A stretch of DNA of 55,963 bases from a virus (lineage: Duplodnaviria; Caudoviricetes): positions 1 through 55,963 of the IMG/VR virus record IMGVR_UViG_3300022697_000058. One strand, given 5' to 3'. The notes beneath the pieces were generated by a model, which made no database searches, had not been told where the DNA came from, and saw only the letters and a list, made by a program, of their open reading frames with translations. A program made the translations under genes and the position numbers. Shown one piece after another: positions 9,501-18,876 of this stretch; positions within the stretch are counted from its first letter, which is position 1; every line of letters starts with the position of its first letter.

Positions 9501-12500
9501 GCAAGGTGACGCCCACAAAATTAACCGGCGCCAATGCTGAGCCTCAAAGCAATAGGTCCAAAGCTGAGGAAGCATTGCCTGACGGTTACACGCTGACCCA
9601 GATTAAGAAAACCACCAAAGGTTTCTTTGCCGCTGTCGAGCGCAACGATAATGGCAAGCGTGAAGGAGGGCACGGGACAACGCCGGGCGGGGCGGCACAA
9701 TCCGCAGTGCATCTGCTATATGCAAAATATGGAGAAGTTAAAGCCGGAGACACGACCGCAAGCGATCTATCGCCCCAAGAAGCAAATATCGCACATAAAA
9801 TAGCTAAACTGGCTGGCGGGATTGAAAAATACAGTATCAGAAATATCAAAGAAGCCGCCGCCACTCGCGGGTTCGGAAACCTTGTGTTTATATTCAATGT
9901 AAAAAATGGCAAAGGTGGGTTTACCCGTCTGTGGGTGAACGGTGACGGTAAAACCATCTCAACGGCAATAAAATCAACGCCTAAAAGTGTTCTGGATGGA
10001 ACCTATTATGACGTTCTATCTTCCCACATTACTGTGCCTTTGGGCTTTTCACCTGAAAGTATATTTGGGAACCAGACCGCAGAACCCGCGACGGCCGATC
10101 AGCCTACGGTGAAACTTGGCAACCGCCTTGCCGAAATGATCATGTCCGGCGAGGGCGTCCCGAAAACCAATATCGACCTGATGAAACTCGCCGCCGAGGA
10201 ATTTGGCGGGACGATTTCCGAGGGGGCTTTCAGCCCGAAAGACGCCTATGAGGCGCTGGAATTGGCGGCAAACCTTGCAATCGAGGAAGCCCAATTTGAG
10301 CCAATCGGCAATCCCGAATATGCCAAGAAGATTGTGGGCCACCTCCAAGACATGATCGACCAATTTCCGACGCAGACGCGCAGGGATATTGAAACCGATC
10401 AATTCCAGCAGTTCAGCACCCCTCCCACCTACGGATATGCGGTCAATTGGATTGCAAATGTCAGGTCAGGAGATCACGTCCTTGAGCCGAGCGCGGGCAA
10501 TGGCGGGATCGCGGTGTTCGCCAAGAACGCAGGAGCCAAGGTTGACGTGAACGAGTTGGCCCCGCGCCGCGTCCCCTCACTGGAAGCGCTTGGATTTGAT
10601 CGTGTGACAACGGAAAATGCCGAACAAATTGGCAATATCTGGGCCAATGATCCAACCCGCTCTTACGATATTGTCGTGATGAACCCGCCTTTTTCCGCCA
10701 GCGCTGGCCGGATCACCAAGAAAACATCAGCCACGGGCGCTCAGCACATCGAGCAAGCGCTTGACCTACTCAAGCCCGGCGGGCGGATTGTTGCAATCAT
10801 GGGTCACACGTTCCAGCGAGGGAACAGCCGCCTCACGCCGTTCTTCAAGTCTCTCGAAGGTAATGCCACGATTGTCGCTAATGTTGTGGTGAAAGGCGAT
10901 CAGGTATATAAGAAATATGGGACGACCCACGACAACCGCTTGCTGGTGATCGACAAGGTCGCACCAGCCGAAGGCAGCGTGACGTTCACGGGTGAAGCCT
11001 CAACAATCCCTGAATTGATCGACATGATGGAGGGAATTAGGAATGCACACGAGCCAAGAACAGCAACTCGCGCAGATGCGAGCAATGGAAAACTTGCCGT
11101 TGGAAATGAAAGCGGAAAGCCTGTTGAAAATGGCGGGGGCGCCGGAGACGGAAAGCCTGTCAGCGTTTCTAAGTCTAATGATATGGGGGGCGAGGCAAGC
11201 AAATCAGGAGGACATGGCAAATCTGATATTGCGGATGGACGCGGAACGGGGGCCGCAACGGACAGCAAAGTATCTGATGGGAAAGGAAAACCCACTGCCG
11301 ATAATGGAAAACGGGGGGCCACAGGAAGTAGCGGACCAACTTCTAATGATGGCCGAAAGCCAACTGTTCGGATAACGACCGCAGACGAAACGAAAGTTGA
11401 TGATGCTGGCGGTGGTTTGTCCACATACCAGCCAACAGTGAGGGTCGAGGGCGCCAAAGAACACCCGATGCTTTTGGTCGAGTCCTCGGCAATGGCCTCG
11501 GTTAAACTGCCAAAGCCGAACCACGACATGCAACTGCCAAAGAAGATGATCACCGAGGGATTGTTGTCCGAGGCGCAATTACAGATGGTTCTCTATGCGG
11601 GCGCGGCACACGCGGAAATGCTTCCAGCAGAGCCGAATGGTGTGCCGTTTCGCAAGGGGTTCTATACAGGCGACAGCACCGGTGTCGGCAAAACTCGCGA
11701 GATTGCAGGTGTTATTGCCGACAATTGGGCGCATGGACGCAAGAAGCATATCCTGATTTCCAAAGACAAGAAATTGCTGAAAGGCGCGCGCCGGGATTTC
11801 GATAATGTTGGCATGAAAAACGTGCCGATAGCCGATCTTGGCAAGGTCAAGGCGGATGGTGTTATCCCGAAAGATACCAACGGCGTAATGTTTGCGACTT
11901 ATTCCACCATTGGCCGATCCCCGAAACCGGAACAAAAATCACGGATTGAGCAAATCATAGAGTGGGCCGGTCCGAATTTTGACGGGACGATCACCTTTGA
12001 CGAGGCGCACCTTGCGGGTAACGCTCTGTCGGTCAAAGGAAAGCGCGGCACAACGAAGCCGTCAGCAACGGCGCTTGCAGTTATTGACCTGCAAAACGCC
12101 CTGCCAAATGCGCGCGTGGTCTATGCCTCGGCAACAGCGGCAACGGAGGTTGCAAACCTCGCGTATGCAACCCGCCTCGGGCTTTGGGGAACAGGTACGC
12201 CATTCCCGACCGTCGAAAGTTTCGTGACGCAGATCGACAAGGGCGGGATTGCCGCAATGGAGGTCGTGGCGCGGGATATGAAGCAGCTTGGCGTTTACAT
12301 GGCCCGCTCTCTCAGTTTTGACGGTGTTGAGTATGTCAAAGTCGAACACACGCTCACTGAGGATCAGCGTGGCATGTATGATGCAGCGGCACAAGGTTGG
12401 CAGGGCGTTCTGTCAAATGTGATGGAGGTCGTCAACGATCATACCAAGGGCGGCGGGCGGCAGCGTGGGGCGGCTCTTGCTCAATTCTGGGGCGCGCATC

Positions 12501-15500
12501 AGAGATTTTTCAATCAAGTCCTGACCGCGATGCAAATGCCGACGATACTGAAAAACATCGAGTCGGATTTGAAAGCGGGCATGTCGCCCGTGATCCAGAT
12601 CGTGAACACCAACGAGGCCGCAACAAAAAAAGCCTTGGCGAAGATGGAACAAGGCGACACGCTTGAGGATATTGACATCACTCCCAGAGAGGATCTGATG
12701 CAATATCTCGAAACATCTTTCCCCGTTCACCAGTATGAGGAATATACTGACGATAACGGCAATGTCAGAACCCGTCCGGCGCAAGACTCCAAGGGTAATT
12801 TCATCATCAACAATAAGGCGGTGAAAATCAGGGATGAATTGGTCGGAAAACTCGGGGCAATGACCTTGCCCGGCAACCCGCTGGACATGATTATTGAAAA
12901 ATTCGGTGCCGACAACGTGGCCGAGGTTACGGGGCGGTCGCAGCGGATTGTTACGAGCGACGGGAAGAAGGTGAAAGAACGCCGCAGCCAAAGCAAGACA
13001 ATGGCCGAGGCGCAGGAATTTCAGGCTGGTAAGCGCAAGGTTCTGATTTTTTCGGATGCTGGCGGCACTGGCATGGATTTCCACGCTGACAAGGGGGCAA
13101 AGAACCAGAAGCGCCGCGCCCACTACATCTTGCAAGCTGGGTGGCGCGCGGATCGCGCTATTCAAGGGTTCGGGCGCACACACCGCACAAATCAGGTATC
13201 GCCGCCGATTTATAAACTGGCAGGGACAAACCTGTCTGGACACAAGCGGTTCACCTCGTCCATTGCCCGGCGCCTTGATCAGCTTGGGGCGTTGACCAAA
13301 GGGCAGAAGGAAGCCAGCGGATCAGGCATGTTTAATGCCACGGACAATCTTGAGAACGAATTCGCACAAGCCGCAGTTACTTCGCTGTTCTATGATATTT
13401 ATAGGGGTGATATTAAGGATTTCACGCCAGCCGAGGCAGAAAAGGAACTTGGCCTTAATATTGTGGGCGAAAAGGGCTTTAATGTCTCGAAAATCCCGCC
13501 CGTTCCACAGTTTCTCAATCGCTTGTTGAATGTCACGATAGACCGTCAAAACATGCTGTTTGACAAGTTTATCACGCACATGGAGAACGCGGTTCAGGTT
13601 GCAATCGACAATAACGAATATACCGCTGGCGTTGAATTGGTGAAGCATGACGGGGCCGTTCTTTTGGATACAAAAGAGGCATACCGAGATACGGCGACAG
13701 GGGCGACATCTGAATACCGGATGGTTAAATTGACCAAGAAGGTCGAGGTGACACCGTTTGTGACGATTGATACGCAGTGGACCAATATCCGCTACAAAAA
13801 GAATCGCGATACAGGCTTGGTTTATGCTTTCCGCCCTGCATCGAGCCGCACAAACGAAAATGGGCAGGTAATCCCGACTTACCATCGGTATTCCCCCACA
13901 GATCGGCGCATCATTGATAGCCAAGATTACCAATTCCGCTATGACATGGTAAAGGCAGACGCCGCCGAAATAGCGTGGGGCAAGCAAATCAAGGAAGCCC
14001 CTGCAACCCGTGAGGAAACGCTCCACCTTGTGACAGGCGCACTGTTGCCAATCTGGGACCGGCTCCCGAGCAAAAGCCCGAAGATCGTGCGGCTTAACCT
14101 TGATGATGGGCGCAGCCTACTTGGACGCGAAATCCCCGACATCGAGTTGACCAGAACACTTGAAAATCTCGGGGTGACTGGTCCAGAGATTGACATGAGT
14201 GCGCCTGAAATTCAGGCTTCGGTTCTTGGCGGCAAGACGATATTGCTTTCATCTGGACACCGCATCACGCGGCGCCGTGTTGGTGGCGAGCAGCGTATCG
14301 AGGTAATCCCGTCGCCAAATGATGCTTACAGCGATACAATGCCCGGTGGGACATTGCAGCGCCTTGGCTTCCAGATCGAGCGCATCAATTACAAGGCCCG
14401 TGTTTTTGCCGCAACCGGCGAAAAGGGTATTCCCGCGATTGAAGCATTTATGAATGGCAAGAGCATTGTAAATGTCACGATGGAGCGGCAGCAGTCGGCG
14501 TGGCATGGGTCGCCTCAAGACTTTGGGCAGTTCTCGACGGCGCACATGGGGACAGGTGAAGGCGCTCAGGCATTTGGATGGGGCTTGTATTTTGCCGGTC
14601 GTAAAGAAATAGCTAAATATTACAGAGATAAATTATCAAACCAAGCAAGTATGATTACGGTAGGTAATGATAAATTCAAAGTTCGCACTAGAAATTTTGG
14701 GAGCGCAACAGCAGTAGAGCGGGCCACAAGTATGGTATCTAACATGCTGAATGATCACCCAGATGCGAATAATATGGCTTTAGACTTCGCTATCCGGCGC
14801 ACAAAAGCAGATATTAGAAGCGCGGAAATAGGCAACCTGACCGCCTTCAAAAAAGATGCTGGTTGGGGGAATGTCTCTCTCTTAACTGATACATTGAGCG
14901 TTTTGGAATCATGGCGCGGCAAGAAAATAGAGAAGGCAACCGGCAAAATATACAAGGTCGAGATTCCTGAAAACGAAAATCTTCTGGCGTGGGACCGCGA
15001 TATGGCGGGGCAGACTAAAGCAGTAAAAAATAAGTTAAAGTCTAGTGGCATACTAAAAGAGTTCAGAGACAACAAAAGCGACTTTTCATCCCCACAAAAC
15101 ACTCGTGGGAAACTGAAGGGTGAAAACCTTTACAATTTCATTGAATGGAAAAAGGGGTCTGACAGGGCTGCATCTAAATTACTGAACGATATTGGTATTT
15201 CCGGACACAGATTCTTAGACCAAGCATCAAGAGATAATGGCAAAGGCACCTACAACTATGTGATTTATGATGATGCCGTAATCAAGATTCTCGAAAAAGA
15301 GCAACGTGTCGATCAGGGGCCAATCGCCCCTTACCGTGATCTCATGCCACAAAGCCGCGTATTCAAGCAATTCTCGGCAGAATTGAAGAAACTCGGCCTC
15401 GGCAATGTGACATTGCAGTTTGACCCGTTCTTTGCACATCAGGGCATGGCGTATGCTGACCACTTCGGCAAGATGGTTATCACCATCGGTAACACGCTGA

Positions 15501-18500
15501 ACCCGCGCTGGACAATGGGACACGAGTCGGTCCACATTTACAAGCACATGGGGGTGTTCACCAAGCCTGAATGGGCATTGCTGTCTGATACCGCGAAATC
15601 TGACTGGATCAAGCGTTATGACATCGCCAGCCGCTATCGTGATCTTCCTCTTGACCAGCAGGTTGAAGAGGCGGTGGCCGAGGCGTTTGGCGAGGCTTAT
15701 TCCAAATCGAAAGACTTTGTAGTTGAGCCACGCATCAAGGCAGTCATGCGTAAGATCGCAAACTTCCTGCGCGCAATCAGGAATTGGGCGCGTGGCCTTG
15801 GCATGAAAACCTCGTCAGACATAATTGAGGCAATGACGCGCGGCGAGTTTTCAGATAGAGCCGGCACATTCAACAAGGCGGCAAAACAGACCAACAATCT
15901 TGCCTCAAAGGTTGATTGGGCAAGCCAAACGGACCGCCTGATGAAGCAACAGCGAAGAGCGTCTGACATTGAGCGCACAGGCGGTAATTTATACATCCCT
16001 GATCGCCAAGTATGGGATACTTTGCTGCATTATAACGGCGATATATTATCCCGCCTGAAAGAGACTAAGGGTGCAATAAACGATAGGCGAGACTTGGCCT
16101 TAACCCGCATCCAAAGTACAATGTTGCCATTCAGACGCGCGCAGGAAATTATCGAAAGAGAGATGGGCGCGCCCATTCCTGAAGACTTGAATGCCGTTGT
16201 CGCAGCAAAGCTCTATCCGGGGCGCACAGGGTATAAACTTGAGAGCATTAGTGATAATTTCATCACACCAATTATTGATATAATTGGTAGAACCAAAGGC
16301 ATGACTTCAGAGACCGTTGGTGATTATCTCTATGCAAGACATGCCGCAGAACGCAACAAGCACATTGCCAAAATAAATCCAGATATGCCGGAAGATGGGT
16401 CATGGATGAGTGACGCCTCGGCAACTGCAATCTTGGACGGCATAAATGCAAGCCCTGCCGCATCTTCGTATGAGGAAATCGGCGCCCTGATTGACCGCTT
16501 GCGTGAGCAGACTATTCAAGAGCGGGTGGATATGGGTCTTATGACTGAGACAGAAGCCGAGGTATTGCGTAATTCTTATGAATACTATGTTCCCCTGAAA
16601 GGGTGGGACGAAACCGACAATGCAGATGCAACCCTTGATGTGAGCGGTATTGGCCGAGGTTACAATGTTCGTGGCAATGAGACGCGCCGCGCATTTGGGC
16701 GCACAACCAAAGCCTTCAACCCTTTGATTGCGGCATTTACGCAAGCGCAAGAGGTTGTTGTAAGGGGCGAAAAGAACCGAGTCGGTCAGCGTATGTATAA
16801 ATTAGCTAAAGATATTCCGTCCCCAGATCTTTGGGAGATTAAGAAAGTTGAAACTAAGCGTGTTTTCAATGAGGCAACGGGTCTTGTCGAGAAAAGGTCA
16901 GTGTCGCCTATATCGCTGATTATGGCGGCAAACGAGATTGCCGTGAAGGTTGACGGTGAGGAACACAGGATCATCTTCCATGATCAACGCCTTGCGCGCG
17001 CCGCGACACAAATAGGGACAGGCCAGATGAGCGCTATCATGGTCCCGTTATCAATGTATTCAAGATACTTTTCCATGACGAACACCATGCTTAATCCAGA
17101 GTTTGTTGAAAGCAACTTTATGAGGGATTTTCAGACAGCAAATGTTAACTTGCTGTCCAAGAAAGAAGGCACCAAAATAATGAAGGAGGTGCTGAAAACC
17201 CTTCCAAAAGCAATCGGCGGAGTTTGGCGCGGGTCCGGCGCAAAATACGACACAACATTTTCGAAGCACTATAAGGAATTTATGGCTTCAGGAGGCAAGG
17301 TCGATTTCTGGCAACTGAAAACACCAGAGGCAAGCTATAAAGATGTCAATAAAAGGATAAGGATTGAAACAACTGGCGCGAAGGGGATGATTGAGGGCTT
17401 TGTCACGCCATCGACAAAATACAACCCCGTTCTGAAGGCCATTGAACGGATCAATCTCGCAATTGAAAATGGTGTCCGCCTTGCTGCGTTTGCTGCTGCA
17501 CGAAAGCATGGATATTCCAAAGAAGAAGCGGCCATGCTTTCAAGAGACCTTACCGTTGATTTCAATGAACACGGGGATTGGGGGCCGAATATCAATGCAG
17601 CATACGCCTTTTCAGGTGCCGCAATACAAGGGACCGCTGTCGTATTCAGGGCATTAAAGTCTAAAAAAGTCATGGCGGCAATGGCCGGTTTTGCTATCCT
17701 GAGTTACCTCTTAGACCAAGCCAATGCGTATCTGTCTGAAGAGGATAAAGATGGTCAGCTTGCCTATGACAAAATGTTTGATTACAAGAACCAAACAAAT
17801 TTCGTTGTAATGCTTGGCACAGAAAAGGGCAGCGCAAATAGCGCGATCACAATCCCTATGCCATATGGCTTCAACGTGTTCCCTTATATCGGCAACAGGC
17901 TCAGCAAGGTTCAAAGAGGGGTAATAACCAAGAGCCAAGCCATGACGGATATGTTCTCGGCTCTCACAAATGCGTTTTCTCCGATCAATGGAGGAACACT
18001 TGTTTCAGCGATTACCCCCACCGCATTAAAGCCTATCTCAGAAGTTGACAGAAACAAGGACTGGCTGGGAAGGCCGATATACCCCGACTATCCAAACATG
18101 ACGGGGCCGGACTCGCAGCGGTATTTCCGGTCAGTTACGAACGCATCCCGTATCACGGCTGAAAAAATGAACCAATGGACCGGCGGGACATATGCCGAAA
18201 GCGGGTATGTTGATGTGTCGCCGGAAACGATTGACCATATTGCGGGAACGTTGATGGGCGGAACGGGGCGCTTTTTTGGTAGATCATCGGACACAATATC
18301 GAAAATGTTCCAAGGTGAGGCTCCAAAATTAAGCACCGCACCATTTACGCGGCGGTTGTATGAAGATATTAGCGTGAGCAATGACAGAAGCTTGTATTTT
18401 GATCGCAGAACCGCGATACGCGAAGCATATGGCGCAGCGAAAGCGTATGCTGCCTCGGGTGATCCCATCCCTGATCATATCAAATGGAAGGCGCGCCTTT

Positions 18501-18655
18501 ACAAAATCCAATTACAGGCTGAAAGGTATCGTCGAGGAACGAAAACTGTCAAAAAGGATGAAAAACGCGCGTATTTTCTTCTCAACAAGGCCTACATCTC
18601 GGCATGGAAAGCCAACACACCTTACAGTTCGAGTTCGATCTTTGGCAAACGGTAG
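6560..18655 (+). CDS. Giant polyvalent internal virion protein (DarB-like): N6-adenine MTase, Strawberry-notch SF2 helicase, ART-like domain, HExxH metallopeptidase, LPD38-like C-terminus
   Basis: VLEPSAGNG (~10478), VVMNPPF (~10673), GDSTGVGKT (~11669), FDEAH (~11996), QGFGRTHRTNQ (~13163), WHGSPQDF..GTGEGAQAFGWGLYF (~14501), GHESVH..EEAVAEAF (~15518), IPMPYGF..NKDWLGRPIY (~17851-18085). Confidence 0.88.
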   Translation: MAEITIAGVRAKFPQYQSLSDGDLANALHAKFYPQLDRADFYSRIGYDPTATSPRPKPRPQAGATGFADQMAQLAFPTPPGQVAPTPAPQAMLPQAAPAALSAPNLPDQAPAPMLPQIQPPDVVNAILDAGGVAGLRDRVAAGQGVMPFTPGMALPQIPAAPNAQQAPDPFRGEGFSSLSKRRGQQFIAALTDTVATLPEDLSIAASNLENSVKDSAPQNVIDNIRSATKFKKTLQSGISPLSGRKLTPNETANLHRKLNEDIVGIKTWMDQSNFSVTPADQRQGFKFGAKIRNKSNEIFGKPDPRDVGFWSQMAQGAGSMVGFAAAGALGGAIGGPAGAMIAGGVSGAGLNEAQVYKEAKAAGASEKAALKAARWAIPVGATEILPILHAFKILPKSIREKVTNKVLQKMLPVAGGGLEEFTQEGGQQIANNLIASGLYDPKRGWKDGVTENAIIGALLGGVVGGVGVAYDSAKNKTSSSDVAAMSGPKIKGGLSVEIRKPPVKNTAPESAAPSPTPTAPSLAIAPPSEASGVVKTPASDTAPNKTPPAQPTAPQPEAPAAGPVVPEAPKPEAKLATGAKAKAPFEAKAWTELPGVSGGKETGRTFMENQKTGEVIPKAEFDARVAKQVDTSAPTPAPAPEAAPVKPVAPDVAPVKPKAEPVAPSVEGDPVAAAKLGSQAYKAGDKRALPSQIDPTDAVAANAWYKGWDKANIDAPIPSAKPVVNPATSEAQNTPKDVVPAPPTQGTAVLSQKEANATLPDGVRAVRRNAMDAKTWTLLGNGGKPIGSFKSTATDGIDTATFGRMKNMVKGRSKSGASADAAFKAAQDNGKLQVIHVTGKSRQQPKLTLKDATDRWNSMTTAQRVELAGQANPSSDPALRARFAKKWWEEITASTQKRILQTMQKVQDGKAHAPQSVASDASASAGPIGAATDKVQSQSAPATSAPSGEGSIANSGGGKETSPHDAPTLLAERVKALREGKVTPTKLTGANAEPQSNRSKAEEALPDGYTLTQIKKTTKGFFAAVERNDNGKREGGHGTTPGGAAQSAVHLLYAKYGEVKAGDTTASDLSPQEANIAHKIAKLAGGIEKYSIRNIKEAAATRGFGNLVFIFNVKNGKGGFTRLWVNGDGKTISTAIKSTPKSVLDGTYYDVLSSHITVPLGFSPESIFGNQTAEPATADQPTVKLGNRLAEMIMSGEGVPKTNIDLMKLAAEEFGGTISEGAFSPKDAYEALELAANLAIEEAQFEPIGNPEYAKKIVGHLQDMIDQFPTQTRRDIETDQFQQFSTPPTYGYAVNWIANVRSGDHVLEPSAGNGGIAVFAKNAGAKVDVNELAPRRVPSLEALGFDRVTTENAEQIGNIWANDPTRSYDIVVMNPPFSASAGRITKKTSATGAQHIEQALDLLKPGGRIVAIMGHTFQRGNSRLTPFFKSLEGNATIVANVVVKGDQVYKKYGTTHDNRLLVIDKVAPAEGSVTFTGEASTIPELIDMMEGIRNAHEPRTATRADASNGKLAVGNESGKPVENGGGAGDGKPVSVSKSNDMGGEASKSGGHGKSDIADGRGTGAATDSKVSDGKGKPTADNGKRGATGSSGPTSNDGRKPTVRITTADETKVDDAGGGLSTYQPTVRVEGAKEHPMLLVESSAMASVKLPKPNHDMQLPKKMITEGLLSEAQLQMVLYAGAAHAEMLPAEPNGVPFRKGFYTGDSTGVGKTREIAGVIADNWAHGRKKHILISKDKKLLKGARRDFDNVGMKNVPIADLGKVKADGVIPKDTNGVMFATYSTIGRSPKPEQKSRIEQIIEWAGPNFDGTITFDEAHLAGNALSVKGKRGTTKPSATALAVIDLQNALPNARVVYASATAATEVANLAYATRLGLWGTGTPFPTVESFVTQIDKGGIAAMEVVARDMKQLGVYMARSLSFDGVEYVKVEHTLTEDQRGMYDAAAQGWQGVLSNVMEVVNDHTKGGGRQRGAALAQFWGAHQRFFNQVLTAMQMPTILKNIESDLKAGMSPVIQIVNTNEAATKKALAKMEQGDTLEDIDITPREDLMQYLETSFPVHQYEEYTDDNGNVRTRPAQDSKGNFIINNKAVKIRDELVGKLGAMTLPGNPLDMIIEKFGADNVAEVTGRSQRIVTSDGKKVKERRSQSKTMAEAQEFQAGKRKVLIFSDAGGTGMDFHADKGAKNQKRRAHYILQAGWRADRAIQGFGRTHRTNQVSPPIYKLAGTNLSGHKRFTSSIARRLDQLGALTKGQKEASGSGMFNATDNLENEFAQAAVTSLFYDIYRGDIKDFTPAEAEKELGLNIVGEKGFNVSKIPPVPQFLNRLLNVTIDRQNMLFDKFITHMENAVQVAIDNNEYTAGVELVKHDGAVLLDTKEAYRDTATGATSEYRMVKLTKKVEVTPFVTIDTQWTNIRYKKNRDTGLVYAFRPASSRTNENGQVIPTYHRYSPTDRRIIDSQDYQFRYDMVKADAAEIAWGKQIKEAPATREETLHLVTGALLPIWDRLPSKSPKIVRLNLDDGRSLLGREIPDIELTRTLENLGVTGPEIDMSAPEIQASVLGGKTILLSSGHRITRRRVGGEQRIEVIPSPNDAYSDTMPGGTLQRLGFQIERINYKARVFAATGEKGIPAIEAFMNGKSIVNVTMERQQSAWHGSPQDFGQFSTAHMGTGEGAQAFGWGLYFAGRKEIAKYYRDKLSNQASMITVGNDKFKVRTRNFGSATAVERATSMVSNMLNDHPDANNMALDFAIRRTKADIRSAEIGNLTAFKKDAGWGNVSLLTDTLSVLESWRGKKIEKATGKIYKVEIPENENLLAWDRDMAGQTKAVKNKLKSSGILKEFRDNKSDFSSPQNTRGKLKGENLYNFIEWKKGSDRAASKLLNDIGISGHRFLDQASRDNGKGTYNYVIYDDAVIKILEKEQRVDQGPIAPYRDLMPQSRVFKQFSAELKKLGLGNVTLQFDPFFAHQGMAYADHFGKMVITIGNTLNPRWTMGHESVHIYKHMGVFTKPEWALLSDTAKSDWIKRYDIASRYRDLPLDQQVEEAVAEAFGEAYSKSKDFVVEPRIKAVMRKIANFLRAIRNWARGLGMKTSSDIIEAMTRGEFSDRAGTFNKAAKQTNNLASKVDWASQTDRLMKQQRRASDIERTGGNLYIPDRQVWDTLLHYNGDILSRLKETKGAINDRRDLALTRIQSTMLPFRRAQEIIEREMGAPIPEDLNAVVAAKLYPGRTGYKLESISDNFITPIIDIIGRTKGMTSETVGDYLYARHAAERNKHIAKINPDMPEDGSWMSDASATAILDGINASPAASSYEEIGALIDRLREQTIQERVDMGLMTETEAEVLRNSYEYYVPLKGWDETDNADATLDVSGIGRGYNVRGNETRRAFGRTTKAFNPLIAAFTQAQEVVVRGEKNRVGQRMYKLAKDIPSPDLWEIKKVETKRVFNEATGLVEKRSVSPISLIMAANEIAVKVDGEEHRIIFHDQRLARAATQIGTGQMSAIMVPLSMYSRYFSMTNTMLNPEFVESNFMRDFQTANVNLLSKKEGTKIMKEVLKTLPKAIGGVWRGSGAKYDTTFSKHYKEFMASGGKVDFWQLKTPEASYKDVNKRIRIETTGAKGMIEGFVTPSTKYNPVLKAIERINLAIENGVRLAAFAAARKHGYSKEEAAMLSRDLTVDFNEHGDWGPNINAAYAFSGAAIQGTAVVFRALKSKKVMAAMAGFAILSYLLDQANAYLSEEDKDGQLAYDKMFDYKNQTNFVVMLGTEKGSANSAITIPMPYGFNVFPYIGNRLSKVQRGVITKSQAMTDMFSALTNAFSPINGGTLVSAITPTALKPISEVDRNKDWLGRPIYPDYPNMTGPDSQRYFRSVTNASRITAEKMNQWTGGTYAESGYVDVSPETIDHIAGTLMGGTGRFFGRSSDTISKMFQGEAPKLSTAPFTRRLYEDISVSNDRSLYFDRRTAIREAYGAAKAYAASGDPIPDHIKWKARLYKIQLQAERYRRGTKTVKKDEKRAYFLLNKAYISAWKANTPYSSSSIFGKR

Positions 18656-18812
18656 CGGAAAATCGGCGGCGGTCGCCCTGATCGTCGTCTATATCGTGAT
18701 CCCCGTGTTTATTGGCGCGTTATCGTCAACCGACTGGTGGCAGGGCATAACGGCAGACACTGCTGCCGCCCACGCCCGCGCGGAGGCACTGTTCGACCCG
18801 ATCCCGGACTGA
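18642..18812 (+). CDS. Small single-TM hypothetical protein (start uncertain)
   Basis: Hydrophobic AAVALIVVYIVIPVFIGAL stretch; TTG start overlapping the end of the giant gene. Confidence 0.35.
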   Translation: MANGSGKSAAVALIVVYIVIPVFIGALSSTDWWQGITADTAAAHARAEALFDPIPD

Positions 18813-18876
18813 AAATAATGCCGCAAGGCTGTTTTGGGCCGTGTTACCTTCCCGCAAAACTCATAGGGACGATTTC

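Noticed and set aside
10900-14026. Long minus-strand ORFs (10900-11553, 12413-13243, 13322-14026)
   Set aside because: Antisense shadows of a GC-rich gene; no motifs or RBS.
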